From NCBI GenBank assembly GCA_051362555.1, contig CM120640.1, positions 40,216,788 to 40,280,787 on the forward strand: DNA of 64,000 nucleotides. Direction: 5' to 3'. Each line of letters begins with the position of its first letter. The stretch's first letter is position 1. The DNA is from Lingula anatina (taxonomy: Eukaryota; Animalia; Brachiopoda). Below are positions 55,074-64,000 of this stretch, piece by piece. Made by a program: the position numbers and the translations under genes. The notes beneath the pieces are model-generated. The model was not told the origin of the DNA. It ran no database searches and saw only the letters and a program-made list of their open reading frames with translations.

Positions 55074-55298
55074 GGGTGCATTCCCAGAGATTTAGATCGA
55101 TCCAGAGATTTAGATTAAGATCGACCTAACTCCTTGGGGGTTCAAGCTAAATTGCAGTCAGCCGAGCGCACACCATAGTTAATTACCCCCTTACAGCTTT
55201 TAGTAGGTGGGGCAGATGCTTAAGCTGTCTAAGCTGACAGTAATCTAGTGAGAATCCCCACACAGATAGATTGATCTAAAATCTATGGGAATGGGGTC
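55074..55298. mobile_element. PIF/Harbinger-like MITE, family A, copy 2
   Basis: TIRs GGGTGCATTCCCAGAGATTTAGATCGATC / GATTGATCTAAAATCTATGGGAATGGGGTC, flanked by CAA on both sides. Shares gatcgacctaactcc.tgggggttc...agttaatt.cccctta...gtgaga.tcccc with copy 1. Confidence 0.75.
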
Positions 55299-55655
55299 CA
55301 AGTGCAGAGACAGGTTGAAGAATGATTTGTGAGTAGGAGAAAATTGCTTTTTCTTTTTTTTAAGGAAAATTTAGTTTAGTGGTTAAATTCCAGAAAGGGG
55401 GGGGGGGGGGAATCTCAGATTCAACATGTAGGCCAGCATATACGCCTCTCTTGAATCTAGATAAGGTTTAGTATCGGTGAATAGTTTTTGTTGATTTCAT
55501 AATGGTAAACTGAAGCACATGGTTGGCTGAGGTATTGAAATGTCATATCCATGTATCTGTCTGATAACTTGATATTACATGTTTAAGATTAATATACAAG
55601 TAATGATTTTTTTGTAAAATTTTGCATCCCACAAACCAAAATCCTATTTTAGATA

Positions 55656-58600
55656 ATGCATACTCTATGCAGAAGAAAATCGTCCAGGACATCAGTGTTA
55701 CTCTTGCTTCAACAGTTCAGGCACCATGGAACAATTTATTCTCTCTCCTCTGGTTTTGGCAAGGCTGGAGTAGCTGTCATTAGAGTATCAGGCCCACAGA
55801 CTTCAACTGCATTAAAATCACTTTGTAAATCTGATATACCAAAGCCAAGAACAGTTGTATTGAAGAAACTGTTTGATCCCGAGTCTTCAGAGTTGATTGA
55901 CAGGGGCTTGGTATTATGGTTCCCAAGTAAGTTCCTCTTACTCAGCTTAGAATTGCTAGTGCTGTCATTTTGTGCCTTTGCTGCTCTGTTATATTAAATG
56001 GCACTTCAGTATTATAATTTTTATTACTGTTTTTATTTTAGTATTGTAATGCTCTATTTTTATCTTGAGGTAGAAAAATTATCAATTTCAAAGAGAAAAA
56101 GAAATATTCTCAGTTCATTTAAAATTTAGAATAGTAAAGTAGTTGTGATTATCTTAATTTGGTTTTGTCCAATGGACTAAATATGTAGCCGACTAAATTC
56201 TCTTTGATTACATCCAGGTCCTCACAGTTTCACAGGTGAAGATGTCTGTGAATTCCATGTCCATGGTGGAAGTGCTGTTATCAGTGCTGTGTTACATGCA
56301 TTGGGAAACATTCAGGGCCTGGAGCCAGCGGCACCAGGGGAGTTTACCAAAAGGTACTACAACTTCATTCAGATTTGTTTCAGATGCCTGAATTTTATCG
56401 TTCATAATGTCTTAAGGGTCAAAATCTACTGGAGGTGAGGATGTTTTATTTTGGATTGCTATACTTCTAGGTCTGCTATTCTTGCTATTCTTCAGGCATA
56501 ACATAGGCATTCTTTCTTTCTGTCCATCCATTGTTTTTTCGTGCATTTTTTCTTTAGTAGGAGAAAGTCTAAAGCTCTTTGCACTTTGAAAAAATCTTAC
56601 ATGTGTGACAGTGCAAAAATAGACAACAAAAATAAAAACCTCAGTAATCACTTCTATATGAAGTTGGCATAAGCCTTAATTTATTTTAGATCATTCCACA
56701 ATGGTAAGTTGGACCTCACTGAGGTGGAAGGACTGGGTGCATTAATTCATGCTGAAACAGAAGCTCAGAGGCAACAGGCAGTCAGACAGATGGAGGGGGA
56801 TCTCAGTAGGCTCTACAATGACTGGAGACTAAGACTTTTAAAGGTGCCATGCTAAAAGTTTAAGTTTGGTACACCATACGGGGGAGAACATAGTGCTAAA
56901 AATAATGTCAATTCAAATCATCCCCCCCCCCCCCACCACCACCACCACCACCTTGAACCAACTTTTTTGAATTACGTGAACTCCCTCTTGTCTGACTTTA
57001 GTTTTGTTCTTCTGCTTTGCATTATCATGTCAATTGACACTAAAATATGAGAATAATTGCTTTGGAAAAGGTTTATGCCAATCAAGGTTAACATCAAAAT
57101 GTGTCTGCTAAAAAGAACTTTTTTGGTTTATATTTTTTAATTCTTTTAGTGTGTTGCAAATGTTGAGGCCTATATTGACTTCAGTGAAGATGATAACATA
57201 GAAGAAGGAGTCTTGGATGAGGGTTGGTATAATAAAATTTCAGCAAAAGTCTTTTGAATATTTTATAGAATCATACCAATTTATGTTACTGTTGTATTCA
57301 GTGTATGAATAATTATGGCAAATTGAAATATTGCTCACTAATTAATGATGTTAAATGTGTGCTTTTATGTCTCTCTTATTTTGTATAGAAATTTCTGAAC
57401 TTTTTCCATTGGGGACATTTTTTTAGGGAATTAAGGCAGATGTCAACTTAGTTATTGATTTAATTGAACACCTTTTTGCAGTACAAGTTAATGTCCAAAA
57501 ACTTAAGAAAGAAATTGTGAATCATCTGTCAGATAACCGCAGAGGGGAGCGGTTACGTACTGGTGCGCACGTTGTCATTGTAGGACCTCCCAATGTTGGA
57601 AAGAGTAGTCTGCTAAATCATTTATGTAAGCGCACTGGTATTTTATTCATTGTCATTGGTTACATAATTTAAACAATAAATGCCTGCTGGTTTTGAAGCT
57701 TGTTTTGTAAATAAGATTATTCTTGGACAAAGAACCAAAGGTCGGTTAAAGAAAATAATTAGGTAACTTTGGAGTAATATCTCAAAAAACATTTCCTGAA
57801 ATATTAAATAAGAATTGTTATTACCACTCCATCCAATTTTCTTGCATAGTTTATTATAATTATTAACAAAACCAATCTCTAATTATTATTTACTGCAATT
57901 TATTCATGCTTAAACTTAATACAATATGATATGTGGCTCGTCTCATTTGAGGTGTGACATGTTTTACTTGCTCAGGTCAGCGCCCAGCAGCAATCATATC
58001 CCCTACAGCAGGCACCACCAGAGACGTGGTGGAAACAGCTCTGAATATAGGTGGCTTTCCTGTGCTGCTGAGTGACACTGCAGGACTCAGGGAAACTGAG
58101 GATGTGGTGGAGAGAGAGGGGATTTTAAGAGCACTGAACAGGTGTGGCAAACTGTACCTCAGACATGTTTAACATATCTATAAAATGTTAAGGCAGTTAG
58201 AATTTGGCCCAATTTTAATTGAATTTGTTGTATAGGCAGTCCTGATTTTAACTGTACCATTTTCCTAATATCAGGTTTTATTTATTTTTTTTTTTTTTGA
58301 AAACTTACCCTTCATTTAAGAAATATTATTTGTTTGATTTCAAACAGGGCCAAACAGGCAGATCTGACCATTGTTGTCTTGGATGCTCCATCATTATGGA
58401 AACAAATGGAAGGTGAAGACTTTTCAATGATAACTTTACTGAAGGAACAGTTAACTGATATTTATGGGACAAATGAAAATGACACTACCAGACAATCTCA
58501 GAATACACAGAATCAGTCAACTAGTCTAACCCAAGATGGTCAACCATTTCAAAACTTGGATCATCAGTGTATTGGTTTAAATGCTGTTTCTGACACCCAT

Positions 58601-59343
58601 GAGACATGCCACAACCTACATGAAGAAGAGGAACCATTTGCTGAGAAAATAATTGTTGTGAATAAAATGGACCTTCTCACCCAACCACTTGATGTAAGGA
58701 GACTGGACTTGGAAAGATTGACAGTTTGTCCCTTGTCTTGTACAACAGGGGAAGGGATGGAGGAACTAGTAGAGAGGATTTCATCGAGTATGAAACAAAT
58801 GTGAGTTCGGTTTTTAGGGGGATCTTGTGTTTGCCCCGTCCCAAAATAAACTTTAAATAATCAAATATTTCAATTATCCTCATATGTAGTTATTAGACAA
58901 ACTTGAGTCCAACTTAATGTTATATTTTAATAAGTTAAAAATATTCAATTATTGAAAATATTTGTCAAGCTGTCATTTTAATCTTTTCACAGAATCAATT
59001 TGATAATTTTTTATATGATGTAAATATCCAATTTGAGGGGAGATTCAGGCTCGGGACTTACAAATAGTCAACTTGTGAGTAGTTTTAAATAATGAATTAC
59101 TTTTCTTCAAGATGTGGCAACCCCTTGGCAGGAAACCCAAGTTTAACCCATGCAAGATATCGTACACACCTCAAGAATTGTGTTGAAGCCTTGGAAAAAT
59201 ATCAGGACTTGCAGAACAGAGACCTTGTCCTGGCAGCAAGGGCTCTACGATCTGCCATTAGGCAAATTGGGAAGATTACTGGTGCAGTTTCATCAGAGGC
59301 AATTTTAGATGTAATATTCAGAGATTTTTGTATTGGCAAATAG
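55656..59343 (+). CDS. GTPBP3: Mitochondrial tRNA modification GTPase GTPBP3 (MnmE/TrmE/MSS1), ~542 aa
   Basis: Exons 55656-55926, 56218-56353, 56690-56843, 57150-57222, 57482-57625, 57976-58141, 58348-58800, 59112-59343. Motifs [35 protein letters not shown]1 [10 protein letters not shown]2 GTTRD, G3 DTAG, G4 NKMD, C-terminal FCIGK. Confidence 0.96.
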
Positions 59344-61067
59344 TCTTTTTGTTTTATCAATTTGATAATTTTAGTTATTTGTGCATTTAAATGTGAATTT
59401 TTTTTTCTTTTCTTTTTTGCAAAAACAGTGGTGTAAGTGCCATACAGTTATCTTCTAGTTAGCATAATTTCCTGATGTGTAATGAGAAATATTTTATCAA
59501 ATGAGAGTTCATATTATTACTAATCAGAAGACGGACAATTGAACAAAAAAAGAAAAGAAAACGCTCATATTCTTCCCATATTTTTATTTGAAGGCAGTTT
59601 TTATACAAAAAGATACCACTCCCTCTTCAAAAATAATCATTTTGAAGCTATGGTTGTCTGATCTACCAAAAAAAAATTATAATATACAAGTATATTCATT
59701 TAAAAGACAAGAAAATTTGCAAAAAGAACATATCCAATACTAGCTTGAAGAGATGTGAGCCTATTTCCTTTGCTTTGATTTATAAAATGTTCACTGAAAA
59801 CAAATGCAAACACCAGGGAATGCATTGGTTTGCAATTAAAAACTCTGAGTTGAATGCTACCAGTGTAATCATACATAAATGCTCTTTAAAACTATTCCAA
59901 CTTTAACGACAGAGACGTCTAAATGCTCATAAAAAGCTGACAAAGACTTCCAAAGCAACTGCACAAAAACAAAAACACACTAAGCCGATTAGCATTAAAC
60001 AGTAAAATATACATTATGGCAACTTGAAAAGATATTTCTGCAAGATTTGTGGAGAGCAAGGGAGAGAAGAAAGTGACAAGAAGATCATAATAAACTAAAT
60101 GAAAATAATGACCTTTCTCCTTGTCTTTTTTCAATAACCTAGGACAAAAATAAAATAAAAGCAAAAGAAACAACCTTTAAATGAATCAAATAAGTGTCCA
60201 TTCACTTAAAACCCCAACATTTCCATCCATAAACAAAAAGGACCTTTTTACACAGCTATTCTCTTTATATTTGAGCCATTGGCTGCAACTACCGAATACC
60301 TTTAACTCCCTCATCATAGTAAATATTTAATGTAAAATATCATTTTTGATGATTGTGCAAATATCACAGAACATGTTATCCCAAATTACTATGTAGTCTG
60401 GATCATGATATTTATCACAACTGCACCACAATATAATGGAATGTTAAAGCAAAGACCATATTACCGCTATTCACATTTTACCACCTATAACAGGTAAAAT
60501 GAAAAGGCCCAATACAGCATTTTTTCCCTGTCAAAACAAAAAAGAATTCAGTATCCCCATATATGCTAAGTACAATATGTGCTGCTATCAACTACCTATT
60601 GCCTCGAGATAAAGTACGAACATATTTCATACAACTAAAGCATAACAAAAGTATCTGACAGTGATACAAAAATAAACTCCTTTAAACCCCCCCAATTTAT
60701 TTACAATACTTAAATTTCAAGAGAAAAAAATTTGCACTATTATCAGTTCAAATGGCTACACTGAAAATTTGAAATGCGCAACCAAAGACTGAAACCATAT
60801 GGCTTAGGTTTTCAAGAATGCCAACGTAATTTGAGCTTGAGCAATATATATGTATATAACAATATATATAACATTATATTCTCAAGCTGAAGTTAAATTA
60901 GCTAAATCATTAGGAAAAATATGATTGCCAATTTGGTACTGTATAAACATCCATTGAGTTTATGACAAATGTATCTGCCACATGTTTAATTTTTGGAGAA
61001 TAAAAAAAAGCAGTCAAATTTTTGCCCTAAAGCCTTAAAAAAATGTGAGATGAATGCATTCTGAATT

Positions 61068-63191
61068 CTACTGTGCAGGTCCTCCCTCCATGTTTCTCTT
61101 CATCTCGTCTATACTGTCCTCAGCAGCTTTAATATCTACTCCTGGTGGAATATCATTGGGGTTCTGAAAGAGTAATTTGTTAGGAAGTTGTTAATTAAAT
61201 CTGAAATATTTTCTTATGCATTCAACAAATAAGGACGTATTTAGGTTACTTTTTCAAAACAGAAAGAAAGGTAACATGTATTTCACTGGTGTTATTACTC
61301 TGGACCTTACCTGTTTGAATTTCAAATCTTGATTTTCATCTTCTTTTGAATGGTTATCAATTTCTTCTTCAAACTTATCCTTTTCATGACCTGCTGGTGG
61401 CTGTCCCACATTGCCAACTGGTGCTTGTTTCATGTTACCACCTTGAGCCTGTCCCACACTGCCACCTGGTGCTGGTCCCACATTGCCCCCTGGTGCCTGA
61501 CCCACATTGCCTCCTGGTGCCTGTCCCACACTGCCACCTGGTGCCTGTCCCATATTGCCTCCTGGTGCCTGTCCCATATTGCCATCTGGTGCCTGTTCCT
61601 TACTGCCATCTGGTGCCTGTCCCATACCGCCAGCTGTAGCTTGCCCTATAGTACCATCTAAAGTTTGTATTCTATTGCCAGCTTCAACCTGTCCCTGGGA
61701 ACCAGCTGGTGCTTGTCCCTGACCAACACTTTCTGTTACGCCTGGTGCCTGTTCACCATCTGCTTTACTCTCTTCTGTAAATGTTTTTGAAAACTTCATT
61801 AATTTAGACATTGTTGAGTATGAAATTTCTACAACAAATGATGGAACTATGGTGAACAACGATAAATGGTCCTTAATAAAAATAAAATGCTTTGATTCAG
61901 TAGTTGATAGTTCAAAGGTAAATAAATATGAGCCTCAAATGTTACACAGAAAAATTGTTTTGAATTCAACTAATAAAATGCTACTAAAAACTGATGTAGA
62001 CCATATTTATGTAACAAACTTATTAAAAAAATGATTTAAAAAAAATCAAGTTCCTTTAGTGACAGTCCTGGCAAAGTGAACCACAGTAAAAATCACACTT
62101 TAAATACTTAATATATTCAAAATAAAAAATGAGGAAATAAAAAGGGAGAAACACAAATCACATACTACATCATGTCTTAAAACATGGTTTGAGCAGAAAA
62201 CAAAAGGCTATGTGGTGTCATATTCCAAAGAAAGTGACAACATGCACAAATGCAGCATAGAGCATAACCTAGCCTTTTGCTTTCTGCTCAAACTGTGGTT
62301 TAAGCCACTTCTCGTAAAGCTTTATGCAATATAGAATTCAATAGTATAATAGAGCATCCTCTATTCCACATGAAGCTCCATGCCTTGTACTTTATCTATG
62401 AAACAAAATATTTAAAGAAGGCAGGACAAAATAAGGGTAAATGGGTTATATATTCAATACAAAAAGCCTCTATGGTGATTACTCAACATTTTCAACAAAA
62501 AGAATCAATGAATTTCATTAAAAATGCTTTGTTAGTAATGCTTCAAAATACTGATTTGTAAGTTTTTAATAGAAGGTTGGAACTATTTTGAAAAGCACAT
62601 TTGTAACTAAAATGGTAAATCTTCAAAAAGTAATATTATAACAGAGTAAGTGAGGTATTTGAAAATTCTGAGTAATTACCACAGATTTGTGTACACTCTG
62701 CTAAGCAGTCTAAAAGCAGTGTCACAACACGGATCAGGTTTATTATATGTATTGCATTACATGTTGCAGTTGACCAGATATAGGGCTGCAAAACCATATA
62801 GTATACTTCTCATATTCACTAATTATTTATACTTGAATATTTGTATATTTCAAAACGTGGGAAAAAAACAAAAAATTCTAACAAAAAAAGTGACAAGAAC
62901 AATTTTTTACAAACCCATGGAAAAACACAAATAGAAAATAATCAAATACTTCCAAGAACTATACCCTAGTCTCACCTGGAGTGTTTACACTTTTTGTCTT
63001 ATTTCTGGCTCCCCCTGTCTGTACAGACACATTCTGAGAGTGTGGAGAGTTGCCTGTATATGTATCATTTTTCCCTTCACCCACATGGGAATTCTGATTA
63101 TCTACACTGGAAGTCCTATTGTTATTGTCAGTCCTGTTGCCGTTTGATATATCTTTAGGACCACCACCTTGGGACACAGATATGGAACTAC
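61068..63191 (-). CDS. 3' coding exons of an unidentified gene continuing beyond the right edge; low-complexity, probably luminal or extracellular C-terminus with GQAPGGNV repeats
   Basis: Phase-consistent exons 63191-62976 (phase 1-1, five N-x-S/T sequons), 61774-61311 and 61163-61068 (NPNDIPPGVDIKAAEDSIDEMKRNMEGGPAQ*). Confidence 0.75.
61383..61646 (-). repeat. Coding tandem repeat, 24-bp unit x ~11 (GQAPGGNV consensus)
   Basis: Plus-strand unit is approximately tgcctgtcccacattgccacctgg. Translation runs GQATAGGM GQAPDGSK EQAPDGNM GQAPGGNM GQAPGGSV GQAPGGNV GQAPGGNV GPAPGGSV GQAQGGNM KQAPVGNV GQPPAGHE. Confidence 0.92.
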
Positions 63192-64000
63192 CTAAAACCA
63201 AGGTTGACAGGATGACAAGAAAAGCAGAGAATAGCATGGGGAGAGAGAAAGAGGGGGGAAGATTATAAAGACCATACAGTGATGTTCTATTTGAGGTACT
63301 GTTTTATCGTCTCAAAAAGATAATTTGTTGTAAAATGCTTTAAAAATCTGAATACTTGAGAAGAACTTCATAATTTACATTTGTCAATTTCAGTTTTAAA
63401 GGAAAGGATATAAAATATGTGACATCATTGCCACATGTTATCAAATACTTGAAATTACATAATGCATTACCAGCCTATTATTTATTCCTAAGAAGCCAAT
63501 TTGAAGAAGTTTTCGTAAAGAAAGATATGCCAGTCTGTTAAGGTACCACAAGCAATGGATCCACAGTGATAATAAGCATTTGAAATCAATACATGAGGAG
63601 CATATACCTCATAACAACTACAGAAAAGCCAAATAAATCAACTCCTTATAAAGAACAAGGCTATAAGAAAAACATATCTTCTGCATCATCAAAATATATG
63701 TAACTGAAAGTCTACACCTCATTCTCCAGCAGACATGGATCTCTCAAGCAACTGACCAAGTGTACATGAATTTTCTTCAACTCACCATAAGACACTTAAA
63801 AGAAAGACCTGCATTAGTCCATTCACTCGACAGCTATTTTTTAAGCTAGTCCAACCCTGAAGAGGGCATTCCTTAGCCTTTACCCACCAAACCAATATGT
63901 AAATATACACACATATAGATACCATTTTCCAGAGTCCATCCACCACAGACATTTACTTCCCAATCCAGGTCAGAGACAAGCAAATCACCAACAAAAACTC

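Noticed and set aside
61346-61722. Plus-strand repetitive ORFs and CRISPR-like periodicity
   Set aside because: These are antisense frames of the 24-bp coding repeat. There are no unique spacers, and the context is eukaryotic.
63192-63237. Apparent signal peptide MLFSAFLVILSTLVLG at the start of ORF 62959-63237
   Set aside because: It coincides with a long polypyrimidine tract ending TTTTAG|GT. This is better read as an intron 3' end before a phase-1 internal exon.

Overview
This is AT-rich eukaryotic genomic DNA from an animal, probably a marine invertebrate or lophotrochozoan, with GT-AG spliced genes. From left to right: (1) about 10.8 kb with no convincing coding sequence; (2) a minus-strand gene with 11 coding exons, which I reconstructed as a ~474-aa type I membrane protein (signal peptide, Cys-rich and EGF-like ectodomain, transmembrane helix, cytoplasmic degenerate SH3 domain); (3) katanin p60, head-to-head with gene 2, whose Walker A/pore-loop-1 exon is tandemly duplicated (37 synonymous versus 2 non-synonymous codon differences; KYRGE versus KYHGE), suggesting mutually exclusive splicing; (4) an intronless, divergent MECR; (5) a DUSP8/16-type MAPK phosphatase whose introns are rich in AP-1 sites; (6) GTPBP3/MnmE, preceded by two PIF/Harbinger-type MITEs; (7) the 3' end of a minus-strand gene encoding GQAPGGNV repeats. 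All gene models were built by eye from splice signals and reading-frame continuity, with no database or transcript evidence.
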